In this document: positions 43,971-58,074 of the stretch, in pieces
Numbering within the stretch: position 1 is the stretch's first letter
Layout of the letters: the number at the start of each line of letters is the position of its first letter
Assembly: GCA_964035545.1 (NCBI GenBank)
Contig: OZ037772.1
Location: 10,290,818 to 10,354,817, forward strand
Reading direction: 5' to 3'
DNA: 64,000 nucleotides
Source: Bugula neritina
Taxonomy: Eukaryota > Animalia > Bryozoa
Notes under the pieces: generated by a model
What the model saw: the letters and a program-made list of their open reading frames with translations, nothing else
The model's database searches: none
What the model was told of the DNA's origin: nothing
Program-made: the position numbers and the translations under genes

Positions 43971-44359
43971 GAAGATCCCTGGATGATGCTTAGATAGTGT
44001 TACAAATTGCAGTAATCGTAATAAATTGAGCAGGAAAAGTAGATTGCGTTTTAATGAGGCTAATTTTTTGAACTGCAACTATACCTATTATATATTTGTG
44101 TGAACCTAAAACATACAAATATCCACGACGGTTACTAGATGTCACCCAGAGCACTTTTAGTGAGTGTCACATGGTGAAATGTATAAAAGCTAAAAGGTGA
44201 GAATACTTAAAACTATTCTTGAAAGGCAATAAATTTATTTCATTGTAAATAAGATAAATCATCACAGCTGCAGCAGCTAAAAAGTGACAAGTTAAAATTA
44301 GAAAATTGTTAGACTAATTACTTGTACCTTAGGATCAATGAAGTATTTTTCCAAATTCT

Positions 44360-44500
44360 CCCCTGAAAGCTACAAGAAACTAGTCTTAGCCTAAATGAAA
44401 CTGCATCTTAATAAACAACTCATGACTCATTGTAGGAAACTGGAAAATTCAATTAGGGCGGAGTTATTACCTTCTTTCTTTTGTGTATCCAATCAGAATA
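44360..44500 (-). promoter_or_regulatory. Putative promoter of TRIM copy 3 (AP-1-like TGACTCA, GGAAACTGGAAAATTC, GC box GGGCGGAG, CCAATCAG)
   Basis: Motif cluster about 1.1 kb upstream of the ATG, with a possible donor at 44327. Homologous blocks lie at about 19420-19550 and 58150-58280. Confidence 0.4.
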
Positions 44501-46297
44501 GCAGAACTATTCTATTGGCATATTAATATTGATAATAGATATTATTGTATATAGAACTTCATTATTTGCTAACTATTGAGAGATATTGAGTTCTTCCACG
44601 CAATAAAAGAGGTAGTGAGTGACTTAAATTAGTAAAGCTCATCCAAGTATATTTTTATTACTTCTACTTTAGTTTTGTATTACTAACATGTGACCAGCTC
44701 CATAAAGTGTTGCTTGTATATGTTGATTGAAAGTACATGAATAGTATATAGCTGATGTGGCATGTAGCAGTGTTGACTATTAAAGACAGAACATGGTCCC
44801 TATAATATATTTCCACAACTACTCAGACTAAAGATATTCCCTTCCCACTGCTTAAACAGCTCTGACCCCCAATAATATAACCAGAAAACTCACCACAACA
44901 CACAATTACTAGTAGCTATATGCATTGTACATTGTTTACTAATTATAGTGAAATGGAATTAGTAAAAGCTTGCAGAAAAGTTTATTATATTTCTAGTTTT
45001 CATATAATATTGTATGAAAAGCTTGATATATTAATTGTCAGTTTGATTGTTGTTGTTGTTGCATGGAATTCAATTTGAGTTTGTAGAAACGTTTAAATGT
45101 TTTAGTAAACTGTATGTAATGGTTGTCAAAATTTAACACAAAACTTAGCTTTTTAAGTTCACTTCACCAGGACACTGGTTGGATTTCCCACATTTATCAA
45201 TATAAATTTTTCTTATTGACTTACAAAATAAAATTTTTTCTGAGTTAGGATTTCTTGTAGCGATTGCTTTGCTTTTCAAAGGTCTAGAGAATAGCTCAGT
45301 TTTGTAGAAAGATCTGCAATGTTTAAAAAAAGTGACTGAACATCTGGCAGCTTTTCAGTATAATCTTCAATATTAGATATTATTTATAGCATGCAGCATA
45401 AACCCTGAAGGCAGAAGGTAAAGCTTAGCTATACACTCAAAATTATTAAATGTTTTATTCTTAATGAAGGAAACTATATACATGAGTTTTAGCTTATTAG
45501 TTCAATGATAATTACAGTTAATAAATTAAAATAAATATACTATAACTGGTGACAAAAAGCAATTTTCTAGGTAAAATTAAATTGTGTAAGGCTGGTTTAT
45601 TGCGAAAAATGACTTCAAAAAAGTCTGTGGTATAATAAATGTAATTGAGATAAATTGTTATTACTCATCCTGATATCATTACAAGGAAAATACGTATACA
45701 CAGGGAGAAAATCTACAAATTTCTACTTGTAGATAAAGTGGAATTCTTAGCAGACTAGTAAGCTAGTTGATATAACCAACACAGAATTGATTGCTTATAA
45801 ACTGCTGACTATATATATGTTACTGTCTGTAACGTGTCTGATAGTAGTGCAACTTTTAATTTAAAAAAACACCTATAATTAGAAAATATTTAAAATAAGA
45901 CCAGATAAAAGTAATTCTAGTTTATTATACAAAGAAGTAGTTATTTAGCAAACGGTTTTAGAAGGAAATGTTTATTGTAAGGAAATGATTCATTTGATAT
46001 TACTTAAAATAACTTTGAACAATCCCTTAAAAGACACTTCAGATGCATGACAACACATATGCAGCACTACAGCTGTACAGCACTCTGTTCATGCTATCAA
46101 GGAAATCTGATTACATTTAAGAATTTTCTTTATGACAACAAAAAGACCAAATGACATTTTTATGATAATTAGAAATAAAAAGCACTTAGGAAAGATAAAA
46201 AATAATATAACTAAATAAAGTTCTTGTAAATTTACAAACAATATATATATTTAACCAATTGAAAATTGAAAATGGTGTATAAATTTTACAGATTTGC

Positions 46298-46535
<238 letters not shown>

Positions 46536-47585
46536 CAGTTAATTAAACAAGATAACATGCTATAGGCTGGATATTTCAGTATACAATAGACTGAGGAAGT
46601 GTGAAATCATATAATAATCAATAAGAGAATAGAATATACAGTATAACATGTCGAGCTAGGGCAAGTAGATAGCCTGTCTTTAGCCCACTGTAAAGTAGGA
46701 AGTTGAAACATGCAGACGTCCATAGTGAAGGAAAATGAATAGGCTAATTAATTAGGATTGACAGTGTGGTGGTGCACTGGGCAGGTAACGTCCAATGTAT
46801 GCCTAAACTTGTGTTCTGCAAAATATATGATTCAAAGAGAATTACAATAATAATTTACAGTAGATATAATGAAAGTCTTTGTTTAAAGAAACAACTGGTG
46901 TAATATACGAGTACTAACATAGGGCGATCTACTAACATATGGGGAAGTGGTTGACCACCCTTAACTTTCTCGCCAACATGTTGTCTGAAAACAGTTTAGG
47001 CTGCCCATGCAAAAGATATTCTCTAACATCATATATATGTGTAAACAGCTGTTTGGAAAAGGAAACTCAAAGGTGAAAAATAAAGAGGTGGAAATCACTG
47101 CTAATAAGTGAAATGATTCAGTTCAAAATATTACAAGGCAATAAAATCTAACACAGTACTGAAGTGGTAGCTACTTAATGCTATATTTGACAGTACAACA
47201 CAATAAAAACAATCACAACCCAGTGCAATGTTGAACAATACAATGCAATAAAAGGCTGCATTTTTTCATTGCTTTTTAATACTTCTAAGAACACATCAAA
47301 AAATGAAAAATGAATTTAAAACAAACTAAAACATTGGATGACTGAATTTTCATATACGTTTTAGATGTGTTGTTTAAACTAAGATAATATGAGAGGTTTA
47401 AAAGAGAGTAAACTGAGAGATGATATCATGGTAATTAATGTGGCGTGGTAATGCTTGTGTATAGTGAAGAGAGTGCAAGGTAACTTGTTAGAGTCAAAAG
47501 ATTGATTAAAAACATGAAGTAGAAAGGCATTTGGTACCTCCCACAACACACACTCACCGATATTGGAGTACCCCAGTCTATTAGT

Positions 47586-50500
47586 TCACTTCCACTTCAG
47601 CTGATAGAAATCGACAGATGACCCAAATACACCGCGGCTAAACATGACTAGAGTAGAGTCAGTGACGTGTATATCAGAACTGTAGTCAATAGGCATCCGG
47701 GTTAGTAACGTCCCTGGAAATATGATACACATATATTTTAGAAATATGATGGACATTTGTTGTAGAAATTAAACCAATAAATTATATAAGTTGTGGAGTT
47801 GAGTGATATCAAGCAAAAATATTCAAAAACTAATTGTAGTGAATTCTAATGTGTGTATAACATGAGTATATGCATTTTTAATTATAGATAGTGTAATTCA
47901 ATGGTACTATATAAGTTAACACGAATCAAATCATTACATTGAATTGCAATGTGTGTATGTATTATGCATGCTATCTACACAACCTGTATGTAATAATAGT
48001 ACGCAGAGTGCGGTAGGTTTAGTATTGTCGGCCACAAGTACAAAATTTTCTTGATAGAAGGTCACTCCACGAGGCTTAGCCACTTCCTTACACTGCCAGA
48101 TGACGTCACCTGATGAGGTGTCTACTTTGTATACTAGAGATGAGTCACACTGAGATATAATAATTGAGTTGTTATCTGCAGCAGACAGACGTACAGGAGT
48201 GTCAGTCAGTAGAGGACAGGGTAAAGTGTTTACTACCTCCCCATTCAGAGAGTTATAGAAGACTAGAGTTTTATCCAGCCTATTGGGAATAGTTATCTGA
48301 TTATTTACAGTGACATGCTGATTTGAATTGTTTATGTTATCTATATGAGTCCAGCTGGTGATGAACCTTCCTTCAAGGTCATGAACTCTTACAGTAGAAT
48401 CAGTAGATAAAGTATATATCCTATCATTATGTACTGAGATACTCCACACAGTACTACCCTTAATAGAGATGAATGATTTAGTTACTTTGGTGTTCTCATC
48501 TATCCTGTCTACACCTCCACTACACCCAGCATATGTGATACCTTCATAGATGTGAACAGACATGCAGAATGGAGAAACCTCAACAGTGTTTATCAGTTCT
48601 ACAGACTTGGGTGGTGGAGGTGAGACAACTAGTCCTTGTTCAGGAGTTATACTTGCAATTCTTACATTGGTCAGTGCAGTCTCTGTATCTCTTTTCTCTC
48701 CTGTAATAAAAATATTGACATGTATGATACTGTAATAAAATATAAAAACAGCTGATACATCAGAAAAACTAGCAGATATGTAAACATATACATGTATATC
48801 TTTGTGTATCACTATTCACAAACAGCATTGCTGTAGCAACACTGCCATGATTATACACTCTCTATTTAAAAATTGATATTATAATTTTGGTTTTTAGACC
48901 AGATTATTCTAATGAGAATCAACTATATTGAAGAAGGTGTACTGCCGAAAAAATCAGCAGCCGCATTGATTTCAACAAATTATTAAAATCAATTCTAATG
49001 ATATTCTATTTAGTGATATACTACAATATTAAATTAGGTTATGTTCACAAAAACTTGTATTTGTATTCTCCAAGAGTAAGCACAGCTATTGCACAAATGT
49101 GTAAATCTAAGAAGTAGTTGAGAGAAGCTTACAGATTGAGGGAGATATGAGCCACTCCAGCCTCTTAGTGTAAACCAGACACTAAAGATTTCCACTATTA
49201 TTATTTACCTTAAAACTTGGTTTAATAGGATATAGGGGTGTAGTGTGGCAATAATAAAAACTCAGTTTTCGAAAATAATAGTGCTTTCATTGTGTTTAAT
49301 TAAAATATTATTTATAATGTATTTTTATAACACAGATCAATAGAGTGAAATACCAGATGAAGAAAATGTAACAGTTTGAAACATAGGTATAGCTTACATA
49401 CATATACCTCAAATTCAAAAGTCAAACTATACTTACTTGATCATGTCACTTAAACACAGCTAGATAAAAAATGTCATAAAAATGAACAACGTTTATAGTT
49501 CTATTCAATATCTTGTTTTAAATAATTTTGCATGGATAACATATAAAACTGACCTTTGATTCCCACTGATGCTACAAGATCAAACTCTATCAACTTAGGA
49601 ATCTCTTCTGTCAACAGTCTATCAATCTCCTTCTTCATATCACCATATGACTTGATAATGTCAACCTATCAATATTATATATCCAGACAATGTGGCACTG
49701 TGTAGCAGGTGTTTGGGAGTTGTGTGCTATTATAGAGAATGCCAGTGTTGAGTATGAACAATGAGATTAACAACAATGCTGTATTTGACACCAACAAAAC
49801 CATCTAAAAAGCAGCATTGCAATGCAAGAGATTGCAGGAGCGAGAGTAAAAAGCACAATTGCAAACAGAAAGTTTTTACAAACTAATGGGCAATGTAACA
49901 GTTTTTAGTTACTTTACAGCCCATGTTTACATTTTTCCTATTACATTTTTATATAGTGACTCAAGGCAATTGCAATTTGCTGGTAGAAGCTGGGAACTTG
50001 TTGGGGCCATTGGGGTCAATGGGGAAGTTTAGGTGACCAATGGGAACAGTGCAAATTGTCTTCTATTATCTCACTGCGGCCATGCTTTGTCAAGAAAACT
50101 GGTTCCTGGGCAGTAGGGTATTTTTAGCCATTAAAATATGATGTGCTAGCATGATATTCATGCATGTGTTTTATAGCTATATTTTTACACTTCATTCATT
50201 AATCAGAAGTCAGTCTAAGGCTAAAGGAGAACAAAAGGTTGCTATACTCTTTTGTACTTTTCTAGTAAATGTTTTGTAATCTCTTGTGATTTGTTTTGTA
50301 ATTAACTGTGCTGAGTTAATAGGCTGTAATACATTTTGTCTTTGTCATGTTTCATACTATATACATTATATTATATATTACATACATTATATTATATATG
50401 GGTCATTTTACCTAATTTAGTACACACTGGATATTTTCAGTTTTTAGCTATTTTTCACAAATTAGCTGGTAATGAACATTGGTTTTTGCCTAAAACTAGT

Positions 50501-53500
50501 AAAGCACCAATCAATACACCGAAACAATTAAGGTTCTTCTTAATTTTGCTTGATTACCCATGTTTTTTTTATATATTTAGCTTATTAGGAGTGCGAACCG
50601 TTACGAAAAAACTGTAACGGTCCGTAACCAAAAGTAGCTGATTAATTAGAAAACAACATGGGAAATGAAGCAAAATTAAAAAGAACTTTGATTATTTAGG
50701 TGTATTTATTGGTGTTTTATTAGTTTTAGCTAAAAAAATCATGTCCATTAGCAGTTAAATTGTGAAAAATAGTTAAAAACTGAAAATATCCAGTGTGTAC
50801 TAAATTAAGTAAAATGACCCATATCACATTATTCACATTACTCAATCATTCTGTATTCAAATTATAATGCTTACGATAATTACAGACTTTATGGTGTTGG
50901 TTTATGAGTTAAAGTGTTAACGGTCTGTAAAGCTGGTGAACTAGAATAAACTATAATAATACCAACTTTCACCTGTTCCATCTAACTACATTCATAAAGG
51001 CATCAGTAAAGTTTAGTCATCTAAGTAAGCTTGCAAGAGTGCTTAGCAGACAGGTAAACTGTTAACCTAATTATATGCGTTGTCCAATGCTACTATATAA
51101 TAAAGTATCTGCAGTGCTTCATGATACTATAAACTGTAGTTGCATTGCCCTATATGATATTATATAGCATCACGCAGTTTATTGCTCTCATTCGTCTGTT
51201 TTTCAAGTTACTTATAGCTCAATAATCTTTAGTCTAAATGATGCATCTGTTGTCTTTCACAGGTATCAATTTGATGTTTCTATCTTTTTCCTGGCTTTCA
51301 GAATAATGAAATTGGCCCACTGTGCCCAGATACCAGGGTACAATGGGCCTTTGCAAAAATGTGTCATCTTCTGCATGCATGCTGAGAAGCTCACAACCAT
51401 CCTCCTTTTACGAGGCAGGAATACATGCTCTCATGAAACGATGGACAGCAGCTGTGGACAATAGAGGAGACTATATTGAGAAATAAAGTGTGTTCCTAAG
51501 TTGTTGCTGATCATTTTGATATATAGTTTAAGTATTCAGAAAATAAAAATTCTCTGATCTTACACAACAGGCGTTACTTTTTGAACTACCCTTGTATATA
51601 AAACTGAAAAACATTACATCGCCAAACTGCCACAGATACACACAGTCTAACATCTACGACCCAACCTCTGCAACTAACCTCATGACTTTGGTCTAACTGA
51701 GCCTCTATTCCAGTTCTGTGATTATACAGCTCACAATATTTAGCCCCTACTTCCTCTACCATAAAGTTCACCGCTTGACTCTCAGTCTTTTCTCTCTTCT
51801 CCACCAGTTCTTTCTCCAGTTCGTCATACTTCTGTTGAATAGCTGCTATCTAAATACATTTACATCAAACATAAGACAAGATAGAATGTTTTGATCAAAG
51901 TGGCTGAGTGTATAACTATGTTGTATCTACTAAAAAGTATATTTTCTCAGTTCAGTATAAAGAGAATTATAAACAGACTCTCACATGCAGTTCTTTTATA
52001 TGATCTTTATATAATTATGAAACTAAAAGATTATATAATAGTCACCTGATCATCACGCTGTTTCCATAGCAACACCAGCAAATTCTTGGTTTCAGTTCGA
52101 AACTCATCAATGTTTGCAGCTATCTGTTTGTAATAACTAGATAAGTTGTCTTCTCTTGTTTTTAACTTTGTGACTTCCACCAGCTGCATTGTTAAATCTT
52201 TCAATGTCAAGAGTGTGTGTTGTGATGTACCTGAAGTATATACAAAGTAATGTATAAGCTGATGTGTACCTGGATCATGTAATATATTATTATATAGCAA
52301 GTAAACAAAACAAATAGACACTTACCATCGTCACATACATAAGCTGTAGATTCACACTGAATACAGAATAGCTTGAGACAGACTTTACAACCCAAAGTAT
52401 ACTCTACGTCTGCATGTGTCTCACACGTTTTCTTCTTTAATTTAGCAGCACGAGCTTTATACTCTGTCATATTTATTCTACAATGTTCCTCGGCCAGATT
52501 GTCATGATCCTGAAATAAATATATATAGAGTAGTACGCATTTTACTAATGATATTGTATATTAGATTGCATGTACACATTATAATAGCCTAAATGTCATG
52601 ATCTCATACTGCGTAAAGTATATATGCAATGCTATGTGATATATTTCGAATAATACTAAAAACTATACTGAGCAATATAGTGCAATATAGAATCATGAAT
52701 ACAACAAGTAAGTCATGAGATTTATGTCCCTTGATCATATATTTTATCCAGAGTATACTAAATTACAGCATGATGTATGCTAATCGATATATGCTAAAAC
52801 CTAAATGCACAAAACTAATTCATAAAGGTAAATGAGTGGAAATAAGTGAATTCTTTCGCTTGATCAATGGATTCAAATATTGTGGATTTTGTATTGTGAA
52901 ATTATTAAATTATTTCTCTGTGAAATAACACAAAAATCCGAATATACCTGGTTTTCTGGCAATTTGGCTACCCCAATCTATCTATACAAAATATAAGGAT
53001 ACATACACAGAAAACACAATAAATATTGTTAACTGATGGTGGCTAATTTACTTTAGAGTCTATAGACAAATAAAACTACATGTGCACACATGCGCATAAA
53101 AACGCACAGCTAAAAACTACAGAATGTTAACTTACAATGATATGCTTAGCACAGTACAGTTTGGAACAAACTAAACAGTACACCAGAGCAGGTGTATCAT
53201 TCACTCCTGACTTTGTACAGACTCCACAGAGTATAGACTTGTCTATCTGTTTCATTTGGTCTGCTGTTGGTAATTTATCAGGTGTTGTGTTGAACACTTG
53301 TCTGTAACATAAATGGTGAATTTATTGTTGATTCATCATTGACAAGCTATATAGTATATAAAGTAAATATATATAAAGGTCCATAGTGTAATGCTATCTG
53401 TTCTATAACCTGGTATAGCAATACAGGTACTACATAGCAGAAACACATATATTATAGTAAATATAGCATCATGATATTTATATCATTATAAACGTTATTA

Positions 53501-53712
53501 TGAAATATTTAATATAATGTAACATATTATTTTGTTATGATACTATTCACCTACCGACATATTCCACATTTAAGAGCTTTTAGCCTTCCATAGAATTCAT
53601 TCAAACACTTGTCACAGTGTGGGTGAGTACAAGGTAATGCCTTACATTCCTCTAACTTCAGTTTAGATAAACAAATAGTACATCTTACCATTTGTTGTGG
53701 TTTAGATGCCAT
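47586..53712 (-). CDS. TRIM-like E3 ligase copy 4, apparently intact, with a divergent terminal exon
   Basis: Exons 53712-53555, 53301-53136, 52509-52326, 52230-52046, 51849-51679, 49665-49554, 48700-47984 and 47713-47586 (ends FYQLKWK, TGA). Exon lengths and phases match the paralogs. Confidence 0.88.
50400..50820. mobile_element. 421-bp foldback MITE, nearly fully palindromic, flanked by ATAT
   Basis: ATAT|GGGTCATTTTACCTAATTTAGTACACACTGGATATTTTCAG ... CTGAAAATATCCAGTGTGTACTAAATTAAGTAAAATGACCC|ATAT; the inverted arms extend about 170 bp or more. Confidence 0.9.
51180..51350. mobile_element. Left-end fragment of the 1.3-kb G-tailed MITE family
   Basis: TGCTCTCATTCGTCTGTTTTTCAAGTTAC...TTTCAGAATAATGAAATT...GGGTACAATGGGCC matches 38390-38570. 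Confidence 0.75.
51375..51594 (+). mobile_element. Mariner transposon 3' remnant (transposase C-terminus and right TIR)
   Basis: Translates LRSSQPSSFYEAGIHALMKRWTAAVDNRGDYIEK-stop (51486), the typical mariner FY..GI..L..RW......G.Y.EK ending. It is followed by the TIR-like GCGTTACTTTTTGAACTACCCTTG|TA. Confidence 0.85.
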
Positions 53713-56505
53713 TTTGTTCTACAAATATTAAAAAAAGTTGACACAATCATATATTCATATTGGCATACTCATTATAATAATTATCACAGTGATAAAGTTG
53801 AAAATAAACAAGTTTCTGCTATGGTTTAACTTGTAGAACATGAGATTTCATAACAAGTATAGTTCATGTTTACAACCAAAATCTTGGTTGTATGGTGAGT
53901 TATTATTTTATCTTTTTAGCTTTTTAACTTTTCGGACTCACTCTACCTTCACACTTGTTACAAAGCTCATTACTGCATAAATCTCTGTCTTGTACTTTTC
54001 ACTTTGATGTATAATTCTTTTTATAATCAGTGTTTTAAATGCATATTCAACCATAACTGACACTTGGTTCTTGCTAGCAAACCCAACTATAAGAGTTATG
54101 TTCTAGCAGTGCATTAAAACACAAACTATAACCCACACCTGTAGTAGATATAGCAAAACTACAACAGTGGTGCTAGCTTTTCAGTAGTTACTGATAATCT
54201 TCACAAGTCAAATTCACAAGATATTAACTGTGGAACTTTCGAATGTAAAGATTAACAATACCATGCAGTTGCTTCAACTAGAAATGTAAAACTTACCAGC
54301 ATTCACTTAGTAACTCTAGTTAGTTGATTTAAATTTGAGTTGAGGGAGTATAGATGAGCGTTCAATCTGAAGGTAAATGTTCCCTATACAAGTTTCCTCT
54401 ATGAACTCGAAAGTGGAACTGGTGGTTCAAGTGGAAACTGCTCTTCAGTGAAACCTTGAAATAGTTAATGAGGGAATTTTATTATTCCCCTTCTTAGCCT
54501 TATCTGCTTTAAAGCTATGTCTAGTGTTTACCAAGTGTGATAAAGGATCACCTGGTATTTATGGTAGCTGTAAAATACACTTAAGTTGGTGATAACATTG
54601 CCATGCAAAGGGTTAGTGTGTTGAGATTGTTTTTAAAACTGAGTAAACATACGAGGGTTCAGTTGCTGTTTGTCAGCATTAATGAAGCCATTATGCCTAC
54701 TTCATTGTAACAAAAAGCTTATTCAAAATATAATGTTTGTTAAATTATATAAAGCATAATTATAACAGAGATTACTCATTACATTTCTTGACATTTTTCA
54801 TCTTGGTGTTATAAAGCTATATATACTGTATGTTAAGTATTTGCATTTGAAACAACAACCAAGAATGCCAGACTGTTGAATTTGTAACACAATTTGTTGT
54901 AATGATGTTCTCAAATATCATAGGTTAGCAACTTTTCAAGGAATTGATAAAACGAGATGCTTGATGTTTGGTTACCATGGTGATTGTTTACTTTATTGTA
55001 TTAACCATTCACCTTCACACATGAAGCTTAAAAACAACCTACAGAAATATATAGAAATGCATAAATAATGCAAGAGCATAAGTTATAAAAGGCACAAATA
55101 TGAATTAAAAAATTAATGGTAACCAGGCACAGTGGCCATAGGGGTACAAAAAGTCAGTAGAAATGCAAGAGAAATTATCGACTTAGAGTTGTGCTTTTTT
55201 TTTCAATAAAAAGAATGACATATAATTTTTTAGCCTTTATACTTCAACACTTATAGAACTTACATTTTAAATAAGCGAGTCCATATCTGTTTTAACGATA
55301 CTTGTTGTAATCTTTTCAAGATGTCATCCCAACTTTTGGCTTTTTATACTCAAAAGTGACAAATAATCTAGTTTTGTTACAACTTAGAGATATTGTTGTT
55401 ATTGCTTGTATCTGCTTTAATCAACTATAGTATAATAGGAAGTTCAAAAGTAAATTTTTACTGAAATATGCATTTGTGTTTAAGTTGGCCATGTGGGGAA
55501 CAATAGGCCAGCTGACCATTGCACTCCCATTTTATTTAAGAGATTGTATTGCTCCCCTTATTTAGCCTTATCTGCTTCAAAGGTAACAATTATGAGGCCA
55601 GCCTCCTTGTGAATGAGTAATATATATTTCCAAAAACAACACATTAACATTAGCTCAAATACTCATACACTTGTAAACATAAAACAACTTTGCAATTGAA
55701 GTGTTAAACATAGAACTTCCAATAAATTGAAAAATAGGTGACAATTCAAATCTTTCACTCCAAAGAAGTCAGTTTTCTGAAGTCTTTCATCCTGAAGTTA
55801 CAAAACTATATACAAAATTTGAAAGTTTGTGTTTTCATCAAAACAGTGAAGGGCTGACAGTTGAGTTTGTAACCCAAGTTTAAAGAGTGGATCATTTGCC
55901 CACGTTTGACATCATTGTCAGTACTCTTCTGAATATCCAATATAAATATATATAACAATATATTCTAAGATATACATATGTATGTTAAAAATTATGTGTA
56001 ATTAAACTATGTTGACTTAACGATATTATGTATAAATACTAAAACATATGCAGTAAAATAAATCTTTCAGATTAAAATGCTTTGTATGAAAATGTAAAAA
56101 TCATAAATTAACGAAGGTGCAATAGCTTTTGTACTACGATGAGATTGTGTAAACTAGACTGTCCTAAGTCTATATATGATATAACCATATATTATAGGGA
56201 GAAAGCAACTCCTTTAGTATGTTGCAAATATGGAATATCCTGCAAAGAGTAGAAAATTGTATATTATTTAGTATAATAGTATGACACATTAGTGTACCAT
56301 ATTATGTATAATGTCAACAGCTGCTTTATAATTTAAATATCAGTTGATAAATAAACAGGTGGAGATAACTGGTAATATGTACACTCCTGGTTTACTATAA
56401 TTGATTATACATACAAATCAGTTAAATAGAATGCAATTTACAATATAAAAGGTAATGCAATGCGGATAAGTAATAAAACAAAGCACAACAAAATAAAATG
56501 CAATA

Positions 56506-57810
56506 GGGGTAAGGGGGGGGGGGCACAACGGTCCGAATTTTGCATTTTTTGCTCTCATTTATCTGATTTTCAAGTTACAAGTTCAATAATCTCTAGTCTT
56601 AATGCTGCATCTGTTGTCTATTACAAGTATCAGTTTGTTGTTCCTATCTCTCTCACAACTTTCAGAATAACGAAATTTTCATGACGAAAAAATCGGCCCA
56701 TTGTGCCCCGGTACCGGGGTACAATGGGCCACTGAGTGGGACACAACAAATATATTGAAACTTTGCAGATTTTGTTGCATCTGATCTTTATTTATTTAAT
56801 ATTACAAATAAATACAAATATTCTTTCAGATCTAAAGCAAAATTCAAGTTTTAGCTGTACAGTTTGTGCCACCTCGGATAGCAGAGGAAGGCAAAATTAA
56901 ACGCATATCACTCGGTTCTACGGTGTCATTATCACTACTGTTTAGAACTAAAAATGTTTTTTTTATTTACACTTCAGAGGAACTTTTATCAGAAAAAAAA
57001 ACTTTAGTAACATGTACTACAAAATTCTAAGTTGACTTTTTTTATGAACTGTAGCTAAGGTGCATGCATGGCTTCGGTTTGTGGCTGGAGTACGGAAGGG
57101 AGAGGGGGAGCGAATGAGCAAATCACAATTTATTTTAGTCAAATACATGTGCATTTTCTCAATGGTGTAATATATTATAATGAATATCATGACTATCTAC
57201 TAGTAGCAACACAGAGTGTTTTGTATTATGTACAAAATAGCAAAGCTTTAACCTCACCAGATGTATATATTAAGGCAGCTTCACCTTGTAGTTTTGTAGT
57301 CTTACCATGATGTCTTTGATATTTTACAAAAAGGTCAGAAATGGCTATATCTATAGATTTTAGTAACATTTCAACTAATTTTTTGGGCAAACAAACTAAT
57401 AACAGGGATCAGGCTACAATAATCAGGTGGCCCATTGTGCCCCGGATGCTCAAATTGAACATAAATGTGCCTCAAGAAAAATTTATTTTAGAGTTTGCTG
57501 TTATACTAGTTAAGCAATGTAGAGACAAGCAATGGCAACAATACCAGTAAAATCTAGACTTGTTGCCTTTGAGGGAAAAAGTTATAAAGCTTTAACGGCA
57601 TCTTAAAAATTTTACAAAGAGTAGGTATAAACAGTTTTTCACTCGCCTTTTCAACACGTATGTTCCGCAAGTGTTGAAACTACAAAGGCTGAATATTTAT
57701 GTCAATACCTTTTTATGAAAAAAAAATCACAACTCTACGTCAATAAGTCCTCTCACAATTTGGGCGGCTTTTTGTACCCCTATGACCGTTTCCCCCCCCC
57801 CCCTTACCCT
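56506..57810. mobile_element. About 1.3-kb non-autonomous TIR element with G-rich ends, TA target-site duplication
   Basis: TA|GGGGTAAG(n)CACAACGG ... CCGTTTC(n)TTACCCT|TA with the internal hairpin CCCATTGTGCCCCGGTACCGGGGTACAATGGG. It is absent from the paralogous block at about 19080. Confidence 0.88.
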
Positions 57811-57947
57811 TATAATCTACAATGTAACAATATGATGCAATTCAATATAACACTATATGCAAAGTGATACTACAAATACATAAAAGGGGAAATATTGCAG
57901 CAAAAATTACTGACCATTTTTAGAGTGTCCAGTCTATTAGATCACTT

Positions 57948-58074
57948 TCACTTCAGCTGATAGAATTCATTTTGTCCATTATATACAAGAGCTTACTGGA
58001 ACTACTAGAGTAGAGCCAATGTAGATGAGGTATAATGTAGTTTTCTTCAGTAGATGTCCCAATTAGTAACTTCC
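57948..58074 (-). pseudogene. Orphan, frameshifted TRIM terminal exon (second relic)
   Basis: AG|GGAAGTTACTAATT...CCTCATCTACATTGGCTCTACTCTAGTAGTTCCAG...TTCTATCAGCTGAAGTGA. It shares its internal deletion and flanking junction with 19219-19345. Confidence 0.82.
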
